From the NCBI GenBank assembly GCA_947377865.1, contig CANCHK010000005.1, positions 3,303 to 67,302 of the forward strand: a DNA stretch of 64,000 nucleotides, given 5' to 3'. The notes under the pieces were generated by a model. It was not told the DNA's origin, did not search any database, and saw only the letters and a program-made list of their open reading frames with translations. A program made the position numbers and the translations under genes. Each line of letters opens with the position of its first letter. The first letter of the stretch is position 1. The stretch is from Opitutia bacterium. GTDB lineage: Bacteria; Verrucomicrobiota; Verrucomicrobiia; Opitutales; UBA953. This document shows positions 7,342 through 16,336 of the stretch, one piece after another.

Positions 7342-10311
7342 TTAGTCGACGAAGTTGAATTCGTTCAGGTTGAAGATCAGTCGGCAGAGGTTCGTGAGGC
7401 CATGTTCACGCACGTAGCCCGACATCGCTTCGGCTTCGCTCGTGGAAGGAGGACGGCCTAGTGCCAGACGGAAGGCCAGGTCGATCTGGGCGGGCGGGGT
7501 AGACGCATCCTTGGCGACGCGGGTCGCGAAGTGCTTGGCCATCGCGACTGTCAGGCGATTGTTGCGCATCGCCAGAGCCTGCAGGGCGTTGACGGTCTCG
7601 TTGCGGCTGGCGACCGACATCGAGGGGTCGGCGCAATCCAGCACGGTGAGGAAGGGCTGGGGCTGGGAGCGGACGATGAAGCGATAGACCGAGCGGCGGT
7701 GCGATTTCGGGTCCTCGACGTCGTGCAGGTCGTATTCGTAGTGTGGCGAGTGCTGCGGCTTATCGATGACGAAGTCCTGGAAGCCCGGGCCGCCCATCGT
7801 AAGGTCGAGCTTGCCGGCGACGGAGAGCACCGAGTCATTGACCGCTTCGGCCTCGAGCTTGCGGCGGTTCATGCGCCAGAGGAAGGCGTTGCTCGTGTCG
7901 ATCTTTTCGTTGGCGGGATTACCGAGGGAGGATTGACGATAGGTCGCGCTCGTGACGATCAGTCGGTGGAGCTTTTTGAGCGACTGACCTCCGTCGCGGA
8001 AGTCGACGGCCAGCCAGTCAAGTAGCTCGGGGTGTGTGGGCAGACTACCCATGCGTCCGAAGTCGTTCGGCGTATCGCTCAAGCCGCGGCCGAAGTGGTA
8101 ATGCCAGACCCGGTTCACGATGACTCGCCAAGTGAGCGGGTTACGGTTATCGGTGATCCACTTGGCCAAGGCCACGCGACGGGCGCCTTCCGGGGCGTCA
8201 GCGGGTAGATCGAACTGCGAGGTCAGTTCCTTGGTAAAGGGCAGGGTGCCCGGGCCGACTTCCTTGTCGGGTTGGCTCACGTCACCGCGCTTGAGGATGA
8301 AGATCGGACGAGGCTTGCCGCCGTTGGCGCCCGTGCCGGCGAAGGAGCCCTTGCCGTTGTGGATCGTGCCCACGTAGGCGACTTGCGGAGCTGGGAGGGC
8401 GGCGAGTTCCTTGGCAACCTTGGAGCGGGCGTCGGTGAGCTCGGCGAGGCGGGTGTTGTCAGCCGGGGCGACTTTGTTCGAACCCTTGCGGATCTCGGCC
8501 CGTTCGCGTTCGAGGAGGGCGATACGGGCGTCGTCGCGTTCGGACTTCGGACCGTAGAAGTAACCGTCGGTCAGGTTGAGGCGTCCCCAGCGAGGGCCGG
8601 CTTCGATGCTATCGAGCGAGGTCACGTTAGCGCCCAGGGCGACATTACGGCCCTTGGCGTCGATGGCCTGCAGTTCTGCGAGGGCCAGGATGTAGTCATT
8701 CTTACGGAGGCCCAGTTTGGTGGCCGTCACGCGCAGGTAGCGTCCTTTCAGCTTGGCCAGCGCGAAGCGCTGCGGCTTCACGCCGGGATTCGGGACGTCG
8801 GCGCCAGTGAAGTCTGCGATGATGGTCACCCTTTGGGTGAATTTCGCGTCGTCGGAAAGCTCGACCTTATAGCGGGCCGGGAAGCCGAAGCCGGCGCCGA
8901 TGTTGTTATAGGTATCGTGGCAGCCCGTCAGGATGACCTCGGTGAGTTCGCGGGCGACGCCGAGGTCGACCTGCACCCATTTCGTGGCGGACTGCTCCTT
9001 CGAAATGGCACTGTGGAAGCCGTATTCCGGGCGTTCGATGGCGGCGGTCCCTTGCTTCAATTCATCGATCATCTTGCCGATCAGCGTCACTCGGCGGGTA
9101 TCGACCTTTTGGATGTTCTCGTTGAGCGTCTTGATCTCGCCGTCGAGGCGGCTGCGTTCGGAGACCAGCGGGGCGCGACGTTTGGCGGCATCCGGGTCGA
9201 CGTCGAAAGACTTATCAGCTTTATCGAGGGCGGCGAAGACGGCCTGCAGGCGGTAGTAATCCTCCTGCTTGATCGGATCGAACTTATGGTTGTGGCAGCG
9301 GGCGCACTGGGCAGTCGTCGCAAGGAAGGCGCCGGTGGTATTCGAGACCATGTCGTCTCGGTCGAGGGCACGGGCGATCTTGCCGTCGAGCTTGGTCTCA
9401 GGGAGTTCGGCGTGGCCGATCCAGTCCCAAGGGCCGGCGGAAATGAACCCTTGGGCGATGTGTCCGTCGGCCGTCTGCGGGTAGAGCGTGTCGCCGGCCA
9501 GCTGTTCTTCGACGAAGCGGGCGTAGGGCTTGTCGTCGTTAAAGGAGCGGATGACGTAATCGCGGTAAGGCCAGGCGTTGGGGCGGAGCTTGTCCTTATC
9601 GTAGCCGTGGGTGTCGCCGTAGTGGACCACATCGAGCCAGTGGCGTCCCCAGCGTTCGCCGTAACGAGGGGAGGCTAGCAAGCGGTCGGCGGCCCGGCCG
9701 ATGGCAGCGGGCAGGTCTTGGGCCGCTTCTTTCTCGAAAGCCACGAGCTCTTCGGCCGTGGGGGGCAGGCCGATCAGGTCGAAGTTCAGCCGGCGAAGGA
9801 TCGTGCGGGCGTCGGCCGTGGCGGAGGGCTGCAGGTGCTTCTCCTGGAGTTTCGCCAGGATGAAGCGGTCGATCGGATGAGCGGCGTCACCGGAGGGCAG
9901 GGCGGGCTTGGTGAGGGGCTTCAGTGACCACCAATCGAGCGGGTCGGTCTTCTTCAGGGACGCCGATTCCGGCCAGACGGCCCCTTCGGCGATCCAGCGT
10001 TTGAGCGTGTCGACCTCCGCGGCGGTCAGGCGCTCGCCTTTGGGGGGCATCCGCGTGTCGCGGTCGGTGGTCGTCACGAACTTTACCAGCGGGCTTTCGT
10101 CGGCCTTGCCTGGTAGGATGTTCGGGGCATGGCTTTCGCCGCCGTGCAGGGCGACCTCGCGGTCATCGAGGCGGAATTCGCTCTTCTGCTTTTTCGGCCC
10201 GTGGCACTCGATGCAATGTTTCTCGAAGATCGGTTTCACCTCCGTCTCGAAGGAGACGGCGGCGTGCAGCGCAGCGGAGGCAAGCAGCAGGAGGGCGGAG
10301 GGAAGTCGCAT
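7342..10311 (-). CDS. PSCyt1 (CxxCH) - DUF1549 - F5/8 type C (discoidin)-like - DUF1553 protein
   Basis: CIECHGPKKQKSEFRLDD heme-binding motif after the signal peptide. Central segment WVQVDLGVARELTEV...GRYLRVTATKL is discoidin-like. C-terminal DUF1553-type region. Followed by DUF1501. Confidence 0.9.
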   Translation of the reverse strand: MRLPSALLLLASAALHAAVSFETEVKPIFEKHCIECHGPKKQKSEFRLDDREVALHGGESHAPNILPGKADESPLVKFVTTTDRDTRMPPKGERLTAAEVDTLKRWIAEGAVWPESASLKKTDPLDWWSLKPLTKPALPSGDAAHPIDRFILAKLQEKHLQPSATADARTILRRLNFDLIGLPPTAEELVAFEKEAAQDLPAAIGRAADRLLASPRYGERWGRHWLDVVHYGDTHGYDKDKLRPNAWPYRDYVIRSFNDDKPYARFVEEQLAGDTLYPQTADGHIAQGFISAGPWDWIGHAELPETKLDGKIARALDRDDMVSNTTGAFLATTAQCARCHNHKFDPIKQEDYYRLQAVFAALDKADKSFDVDPDAAKRRAPLVSERSRLDGEIKTLNENIQKVDTRRVTLIGKMIDELKQGTAAIERPEYGFHSAISKEQSATKWVQVDLGVARELTEVILTGCHDTYNNIGAGFGFPARYKVELSDDAKFTQRVTIIADFTGADVPNPGVKPQRFALAKLKGRYLRVTATKLGLRKNDYILALAELQAIDAKGRNVALGANVTSLDSIEAGPRWGRLNLTDGYFYGPKSERDDARIALLERERAEIRKGSNKVAPADNTRLAELTDARSKVAKELAALPAPQVAYVGTIHNGKGSFAGTGANGGKPRPIFILKRGDVSQPDKEVGPGTLPFTKELTSQFDLPADAPEGARRVALAKWITDNRNPLTWRVIVNRVWHYHFGRGLSDTPNDFGRMGSLPTHPELLDWLAVDFRDGGQSLKKLHRLIVTSATYRQSSLGNPANEKIDTSNAFLWRMNRRKLEAEAVNDSVLSVAGKLDLTMGGPGFQDFVIDKPQHSPHYEYDLHDVEDPKSHRRSVYRFIVRSQPQPFLTVLDCADPSMSVASRNETVNALQALAMRNNRLTVAMAKHFATRVAKDASTPPAQIDLAFRLALGRPPSTSEAEAMSGYVREHGLTNLCRLIFNLNEFNFVD

Positions 10312-10314
10312 GGT

Positions 10315-10980
10315 TTATTTCGCCCAGCGCAGGTTGAAGAGGATGTGGTTCATCATGGCTTCCGAAGCCTCGGACGGTGTGCCGTTCGCCAGGGCTTCGA
10401 GCAGGTGCTTATGCGCCTTGATGGTTTCCTTCTCTGGGATGAAGTCGTCGTTCTTCTGGCGGCGGTAGATTTCGACCAAGTGCGCCTCCCACTGCCATCG
10501 TAGGGGTTCCCAGAGCTGCAGCAGGCGTAGGTTGCCGCTGCAGGTCACGACGTAGTGGTGAAGGTCGATGTCCAGACGTGAGAGCTCGGCGAGCGAACGG
10601 GACTTCGTCTGTTCCTCGATGTTTTTAGTCACGAATTCCGTATCAGCTTCCGTCCAGTTCCGATTGGCGAGGCCGGCCGCCATGCTTTCGAGGGCGGCGC
10701 GGGCCTCCATGATCTCGCGGAAGTCCTTGGCCCCGATGGTGCGGACGCGGGTACGGCCGGTCTTCTCGAAAGTCACGAGTCCTTCGCGTTCCAATGCGAT
10801 CAGGGCTTCCCGGATGGGCGCGCGGCTCGTGTGGAAATGTTCGGCCAGGACCGGTTCGGCGAGGGCGGAGCCTTGGGGGAAGTGGCCGCTGACGATCTCC
10901 TTGCGGAGGCGTAGATGGACGGTGGTCGCGCGGTTGTTCCGCGGGGCGCGGCGCAAGGGCTGAGATCGGGGTGAGGCCAT
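10315..10980 (-). CDS. GntR family (FadR/FCD-type) transcriptional regulator
   Basis: wHTH segment LAEHFHTSRAPIREALIALEREGLV plus a C-terminal all-helical domain. Stop lies 3 nt before the ATG of the DUF1553 gene. Confidence 0.85.
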   Translation of the reverse strand: MASPRSQPLRRAPRNNRATTVHLRLRKEIVSGHFPQGSALAEPVLAEHFHTSRAPIREALIALEREGLVTFEKTGRTRVRTIGAKDFREIMEARAALESMAAGLANRNWTEADTEFVTKNIEEQTKSRSLAELSRLDIDLHHYVVTCSGNLRLLQLWEPLRWQWEAHLVEIYRRQKNDDFIPEKETIKAHKHLLEALANGTPSEASEAMMNHILFNLRWAK

Positions 10981-10990
10981 ATCTGTAAAG

Positions 10991-11013
10991 TGTCGACAGT
11001 TTTAAAACCGACA
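10991..11013. promoter_or_regulatory. candidate GntR operator (nested palindromes) upstream of the GntR-led operon
   Basis: tgtcgaca gttttaaaac cgaca: an 8-bp palindrome, a 10-bp perfect palindrome and a TGTCG/CGACA inverted repeat, 11 nt upstream of the ATG at 10980. Confidence 0.4.
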
Positions 11014-11089
11014 AGCGCGGAACCCGGAAGTTCCGAATCTTTTCCCTTCAAATAGCTGACTGGGTAAAAGCCCTCAGGTCCGCTCGGGC

Positions 11090-12670
11090 CTACTTCGTCT
11101 TCGGGAATGTCCCGAGGAATTCCTCGAGGGTCAGGCTACCATCGTGATTGGTGTCCCGGGATTCAAAGCGTTCCTTGGCGGCTTTCTTGTCGGGGATGCT
11201 GTCCTGGAATTCTTCGAAGGTGATCTTTCCGTCATGATCAGCGTCGCGTTCCTTGAAGCGAGAGACTTTGGAATCGGTATCGTTGGGTTTCGGTGTGGGG
11301 GCCTTCGGTGCGATGGCAGTCGCCTTCTTGGCGGCCTTGCCTTTCTTGACGCCGTCGGCGTTTTCGCCGGCTTCGCCGCCGAAAGGTTGGGTCTGCTTCA
11401 CGAAATAGTCATCGCGTGGGCCTTGATGGGCGGCGAGGATGGCCTTGAGCTTGGCGTGGGCGTCTTTGGCTTCCGCGGAAAGGTCGGCCTCCTTGAGCGG
11501 AGTCTTCTCGCGGTCGTCAGCGACGGTGTCGAAGAACCGTCCGTCGGCGTAGAGCTTGTAATGGGCGTCGTGGGCGAACTCGTATTTCGCCGAGGCGCCG
11601 CCGCTGGGGTTATACCAGACGTAGAGGGCGTCCTTCGGGTTGCCCTTCTCGCCGCGGAGCTGGGGGAGGAAGCTGCGACCATCGACCTTGAGTTCAGTCG
11701 GAACTGGTACGTGGGCTGCGTCACAGATGGTCGGAAGCATGTCAGCGGCTTCGATCATGTCGGCGCAGACCTTGCCGGAGGCCAGTTGGCCAGGCCAATT
11801 GGCGATGCCGGGTACGTGCGTGCCCCAGATGAGGCTGGACCCCTTGCCGCCGGTGACATCCCGTCCTTTGAAGCGCGAGGGCGTGCCGCTGCCGGTACCG
11901 TTGTCGCCCATGATGACGATGAGCGTGTTTTCGCGGAGCTTCAGTTCTTCGAGTTTGGCGATGACCTTCCCGATGAGCTTGTCCGTATAGGCGACCATGT
12001 CGGGGAAGTGGCCGAGTTGCTTCGTGCTATTCACGGATTTGGCCGTCAGGTAGTCGGGGCTGTCCGGCGTCGCATCGTACGGTGCATGCGTGAGCATCAT
12101 CGGGTAATAGAGGAAGAAGGGCTGGTCCTTCTTGCGCGTGATGAAATCGAGGGCGTAGTCGTTGACGATGTCGGGTCCGTATTCGTTCTTCGAGTAGTCG
12201 ACTTCCTTACCGTTGATCTCCAGGCCGGCGTTACGGTAGCGACCGGGGCGGCGGATGAGTTGCCAGAGGCAGTTTTCGTCGAAGCCGAAATGCCCGGGGC
12301 CTTCAAGGCCGTTGGACAACTGCCATTTGCCGGTAATGCAGGTGGCATACCCGGCGGCCTTGAAGAAGTTGCCGAACGTCTGTTGTGTCGGGTCGAGATG
12401 GCCGAAGCGGGTGTAGTTCCGCTTATTGATGATGCCCGTCATCAGCGCCGCGCGGGTCGGCGTGCAGAGCGGCTGCGCGTGCACTTGTTCGAGGCGGACG
12501 CCGGTCGCGGCGAGTTTGTCCATCACCGGCGTGCGGTAGCTTTCGCCGCCGTTGGCCGTGACGCATTCGTAGCCGAAGTCGTCGATCAGGATGAAGACCA
12601 CATTCGTCTTCGTCGGCGCTGCCAAGGCGACCAACGTGGACAGGGCTAAGAACAGCGTGGGGAGGCGCAT
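11090..12670 (-). CDS. Cys-type sulfatase with C-terminal Lys/Ala/Pro linker and two EF-hand motifs
   Basis: Signal peptide; FILIDDFG; CTPTRAALMTG (C-x-P-x-R formylglycine motif). C-terminus carries DADHDGKITFEEF and DTNHDGSLTLEEF. Confidence 0.9.
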   Translation of the reverse strand: MRLPTLFLALSTLVALAAPTKTNVVFILIDDFGYECVTANGGESYRTPVMDKLAATGVRLEQVHAQPLCTPTRAALMTGIINKRNYTRFGHLDPTQQTFGNFFKAAGYATCITGKWQLSNGLEGPGHFGFDENCLWQLIRRPGRYRNAGLEINGKEVDYSKNEYGPDIVNDYALDFITRKKDQPFFLYYPMMLTHAPYDATPDSPDYLTAKSVNSTKQLGHFPDMVAYTDKLIGKVIAKLEELKLRENTLIVIMGDNGTGSGTPSRFKGRDVTGGKGSSLIWGTHVPGIANWPGQLASGKVCADMIEAADMLPTICDAAHVPVPTELKVDGRSFLPQLRGEKGNPKDALYVWYNPSGGASAKYEFAHDAHYKLYADGRFFDTVADDREKTPLKEADLSAEAKDAHAKLKAILAAHQGPRDDYFVKQTQPFGGEAGENADGVKKGKAAKKATAIAPKAPTPKPNDTDSKVSRFKERDADHDGKITFEEFQDSIPDKKAAKERFESRDTNHDGSLTLEEFLGTFPKTK

Positions 12671-12718
12671 GGGGGTGTTTGCGATGATTCCCCCGACTCC
12701 GGCCTTATCCAGCCTTAA

Positions 12719-14188
12719 TCACTTCACGGGCACGAAGCCAGCGGGACGACGTTCCTCGCCCGGGGCTCCGGTCAGCTTATCTCCAAGCGCACTGCGGGCG
12801 GGCGCGGCGAGGGCGGAGAGCCGTTCGACGATATCCGGGTGCTCCGCTGCCAAGTCATGGGTCTCGGCCGGGTCGGTGGTCAGGTCGTAAAGGGCCCGCG
12901 GCTGTGCGGCGACTTTCTGGCCGTGGCGGCTGGCGATGGCGTTCATCGACGAGTCCGTAATCGGGAGCGGAGTATATTCGCCGTAGGCCGAAGGTTTGCC
13001 GCCTTTGCCGGGGTTGCCCATATTCGTGAGATACGGGTGGGCGAAGTGCAGCTTCCACTTGCCCGAACGTACCGCGTGGAGTTCCTCGCCGGCGTAATAG
13101 AACAAGGCTTCATGCGTGGCGGCTTCGTCGGTGCCACGAAGGAGCGGCAGAGCGGAACGTCCGTCGATCTTCAGCGTGGGCGCCTTGCCGCCAACCGCTT
13201 CCACGAACGTGGGCAGAAGGTCGATCGACATGAAGGGTGTGTCGCAGGTGCGTCCCGCGGGGACCTGTCCGGGCCAGCGCACGATGAGCGGGGAGCGCAT
13301 GCCGCCTTCGAAGCAGGTCAATTTTCCTTCGCGGAAGGGGCGATTGGAGCCGGCGTGTTCGCCATAGCTCATCCATGCGCCGTTATCGGAGAAGAAGAGC
13401 ACGACCGTGTTCTGGTCCAGGCCCGTATCGCGCAGTTTTGCGAGTACTGTGCCAATGGCGTCGTCGAGTTCTTCCACGACATCCCCATAGAGTCCACGGG
13501 CGGAGTGACCTTTGAACTTCGCCGAGGCGAAGATCGGCACGTGCGGCATCACGTGGGGCAGGTACAGAAAGAATGGGCGGTCCTTGTGTCGTTCGATGAA
13601 GTCGACGCCCTTGGCCGTGAAGCGAGCGGTGAAGGTCGACTGATCGGGGTCGAGTTCGGCGACCTTCTCGCCATCGAGCAGAGGCAGCGGCGGCATCTCG
13701 GAGGCGAGGGAAGGGTGGTATTTTGAGTTATCGTTCGAGTAGGGCAGGCCGAAGAATTCGTCGAAGCCTTGGCGAGGTGCGGAGAGCTCGGGCACCGTGC
13801 CGAGGTGCCACTTGCCGAAGCACGCCGTCGCGTAGCCGCGGTCCTTGAGCATCTTAGGAAGCGTCCATTCGGAGGGGTTGAGTCCGAAGCGACTCGTGTG
13901 ATTGAGCGCGCCCTGCATGCCGACGCGGTTGGGGTAGCATCCGGTGAGGAGGGCGGCGCGGCTGGCCGTACAGACCGCTTGGGCGACGTAAAAATCCGTG
14001 AAGCGGGTGCCTTGCTTGGCCAGCGCGTCGATGTTCGGCGTGCGGATGTCCTTTGCTCCAAAGCAACCCACGTCGCCGTAACCGAGGTCGTCGACCAAGA
14101 TTAGCACGATGTTCGGTGGACGATCCGCGGCGAGGGCGGCAGAGGCGAGTAGGAGCAGGAGTAGGAGTAGGAGTAGGAGGAGGCGCAT
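12719..14188 (-). CDS. Cys-type sulfatase (arylsulfatase A family)
   Basis: LILVDDLGYGD and CTASRAALLTGCYPNR. Signal peptide contains 12 consecutive Leu. Confidence 0.9.
   Translation of the reverse strand: MRLLLLLLLLLLLLASAALAADRPPNIVLILVDDLGYGDVGCFGAKDIRTPNIDALAKQGTRFTDFYVAQAVCTASRAALLTGCYPNRVGMQGALNHTSRFGLNPSEWTLPKMLKDRGYATACFGKWHLGTVPELSAPRQGFDEFFGLPYSNDNSKYHPSLASEMPPLPLLDGEKVAELDPDQSTFTARFTAKGVDFIERHKDRPFFLYLPHVMPHVPIFASAKFKGHSARGLYGDVVEELDDAIGTVLAKLRDTGLDQNTVVLFFSDNGAWMSYGEHAGSNRPFREGKLTCFEGGMRSPLIVRWPGQVPAGRTCDTPFMSIDLLPTFVEAVGGKAPTLKIDGRSALPLLRGTDEAATHEALFYYAGEELHAVRSGKWKLHFAHPYLTNMGNPGKGGKPSAYGEYTPLPITDSSMNAIASRHGQKVAAQPRALYDLTTDPAETHDLAAEHPDIVERLSALAAPARSALGDKLTGAPGEERRPAGFVPVK
14147..14182 (-). 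repeat. in-frame hexanucleotide tandem repeat (CTCCTA-like x6) encoding Leu12 in a signal peptide
   Basis: Plus strand reads gagtaggagcaggagtaggagtaggagtaggaggag, which is 12 Leu codons of sulfatase 12719-14188. Confidence 0.9.
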
Positions 14189-15228
14189 CAGATTCGTTCG
14201 AGCTTGAGCGGGTAGGTCTTGCCCGAGGCGAACTGGGCCACAATTAGCGAGCCGTCGGGGTTCGCTAGGACGTCGTGCGGGTGCAGGAAGACGTCGGCGG
14301 TGTGCTTCATCGGCAGGAGCTTACCGGCGGCATCGTAGACGGGCGCCGATCCGGCGATGTTCGAGACCACGCGGAGGTTCGCGTCGAGGATCGAGAGGAA
14401 GCCGCGGCTATTACGGTCCTTGGGCCAGTTGTCGGCGAGGTGGGCCACGACGTAGTGCTGGCCGAAGCGGCGGATCTGGCGCGGGTTGCCGCCGGGGAGG
14501 TCGGTCTGGGCGAGCTTCTTGCCGTCGAGGTCAAGGCGCAGGAGGTACTGCTGATCGCTCATCGCGATGAGCATGGTCTCGGACTTGTCGGCGGCCGTGT
14601 CGATCATGCCGCCGTGCGGGCCCCAGTGGACGATGCCGCCTTCAGGTCCGCCGAGGAGGCGCTTGAACGAGCCATCCGCGGCGTAGTGCAGGATGTAGTC
14701 CTTGCCGTAGCCATCGAGGACGTAGAACTCGCCATCGGCGCGGTGGAGCGTCCAAGAAGGACGGTAGTCGGATTCCTTGGCGTAGTTGCCCGTATTGGTG
14801 GGGAGGTGCCACTCGCCAAGTTGTTCACCGTTGGTCGCTATTTTGAATACCGAATGCAGGTTGAGATCAGTGATGAAGATGGCCTCCGATTTCTTCCAGG
14901 GAACGAGCGCCAGTCCGTGGGCGCCAGGGAACTTGGTCCCCGTCCATTTGTTCGCCAATTTTCCGGCATCGTCGTAGAAGAGCACGTTGTTGGCGACGTG
15001 GTTGGTCAGCAGGATAATCTGTCCGTCGGCCGTACGGGCGAGGCCATGGCAATCGTTGACGGGCGTCTTGTCGTCCAGCACACCCCAGCCCGGGACGACG
15101 CGATACTTGAAGTCGCCTTGGCCGAGCACTTCGGGCGACGAACCCTGCGCGAAGGATCGTCCGACCGCGCCGTACCATGCCCCGGCGAGCAGGGCGTTCT
15201 TCAGGAGGGAGCGGCGGCTGAGCGTCAC
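14188..15228 (-). CDS. Tat-signal 6-bladed beta-propeller protein (NHL / peptidyl-alpha-hydroxyglycine lyase-like)
   Basis: MTLSRRSLLKNALLAGA Tat-type signal. Clear paralog of 58186-59250 (GQGDFKYRV...NDCHGL...NNVLFYD versus GHGEFRYRV...KDCHEM...NNVLVFD). The functional call is tentative. Confidence 0.75.
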   Translation of the reverse strand: MTLSRRSLLKNALLAGAWYGAVGRSFAQGSSPEVLGQGDFKYRVVPGWGVLDDKTPVNDCHGLARTADGQIILLTNHVANNVLFYDDAGKLANKWTGTKFPGAHGLALVPWKKSEAIFITDLNLHSVFKIATNGEQLGEWHLPTNTGNYAKESDYRPSWTLHRADGEFYVLDGYGKDYILHYAADGSFKRLLGGPEGGIVHWGPHGGMIDTAADKSETMLIAMSDQQYLLRLDLDGKKLAQTDLPGGNPRQIRRFGQHYVVAHLADNWPKDRNSRGFLSILDANLRVVSNIAGSAPVYDAAGKLLPMKHTADVFLHPHDVLANPDGSLIVAQFASGKTYPLKLERI

Positions 15229-15231
15229 GGC

Positions 15232-16299
15232 TTACTGCTTCCAGACGCGGACGCGGTGGTTCTCGGAGTCGCCGACGAAGACGCTGCCGTCCTTGTCCAC
15301 GAACACGCCGTGCGGGCGCGCCAGCTGGCACTTCAGGGGGTCGCCGTCGGGGCCGTCGCCTTTGACGCCGGTGCCGATCTTGAGCTCAAGGTTGCCGGTC
15401 TTCACGTTCACCATGCGGATCGAGTGCGATTCCGTGTCGGCGATCCAAGCGTTGCCTGCGGCGTCGAACGACACGCCCTTCGGGCCGCTGAGGGTGGCGA
15501 GCTTCGCGGGGCCGCCGTTGCCGGTGAAGCCCTTCTTGCCGGTGCCGGCGATGAGCGAGATCTTGTCGGCCTTGAGGTCGAGCTTGAGGACCTGGTTGCC
15601 TTCGCGGGTGCAGACCCAGAGATTGCCGGCCGCGTCGAAGTCGATGGAACGCGGGCCTTTGATCGGTGTGCCCTTGACCGGGGCACCGTCGGGAGAATCA
15701 CCCGCCTTGCCGGTGCCGGCGATGGTCGTGATCACGTGCGACTTCATGTCGACCTTGCGGATCACGTTGTTGCCGATGTCGCAGATGAAGAGGTTGCCGT
15801 TGGCGTCGAACTGGATGCTGTGCGGGTTCTTGAGCTGAGCCTGGTCGGCCTTGCCGCCGTCGCCGGAGTAGCCCGGCTTGCCCGTGCCGACGACCGTCGA
15901 GATGATGCCCGTCTGCACGTCGACCTTGCGGACGACGTGGTTCATCATGTCGACGATGAAGAGATTGCCGCGCTTCGGGCCGAAGCGGAGCTCGTGGGGG
16001 AGATTGAAGGTCGCTTCCGTGGCGGGTCCACCGTCGCCCGAGTAGCCTTTCTGGCCATTGCCGGCGATCAGGTGGATCTTGCCGTCCGGCGTCACCTTGC
16101 GGATGCGCTGACCGGTGTATTCGCAATACCAGATGGAGCCGTCGGGGCCGCGGACGACGCCGAAGGGATTGTCCATCTTCGCTTCGGTGGCGGGGGCGTT
16201 GTCGCCCGAGTAGCCCTTCTGGCCGTTACCGGCGAAGGTCGACACGGAGGCCGCGGACAGAGAGGCCGCAGCGAGAAGGGGAAGGAAGCGGAGGAGCAT
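15232..16299 (-). CDS. NHL repeat-containing secreted protein
   Basis: Six copies of roughly GNGxKGYSGDGGPAxxAxLxxPxxIxFDxxGNLxIxDxxNxxIRKV after a signal peptide. Confidence 0.85.
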   Translation of the reverse strand: MLLRFLPLLAAASLSAASVSTFAGNGQKGYSGDNAPATEAKMDNPFGVVRGPDGSIWYCEYTGQRIRKVTPDGKIHLIAGNGQKGYSGDGGPATEATFNLPHELRFGPKRGNLFIVDMMNHVVRKVDVQTGIISTVVGTGKPGYSGDGGKADQAQLKNPHSIQFDANGNLFICDIGNNVIRKVDMKSHVITTIAGTGKAGDSPDGAPVKGTPIKGPRSIDFDAAGNLWVCTREGNQVLKLDLKADKISLIAGTGKKGFTGNGGPAKLATLSGPKGVSFDAAGNAWIADTESHSIRMVNVKTGNLELKIGTGVKGDGPDGDPLKCQLARPHGVFVDKDGSVFVGDSENHRVRVWKQ

Positions 16300-16327
16300 G
16301 GGGGTGGGATAGGGGTAGGGGGTAGGG
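16300..16327 (+). repeat. TAGGGG-type hexamer array abutting a start codon (C-rich in mRNA sense)
   Basis: gggggtgggataggggtagggggtaggg, immediately 5' of the ATG of 15232-16299. Confidence 0.8.
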
Positions 16328-16336
16328 ATGAACTAG

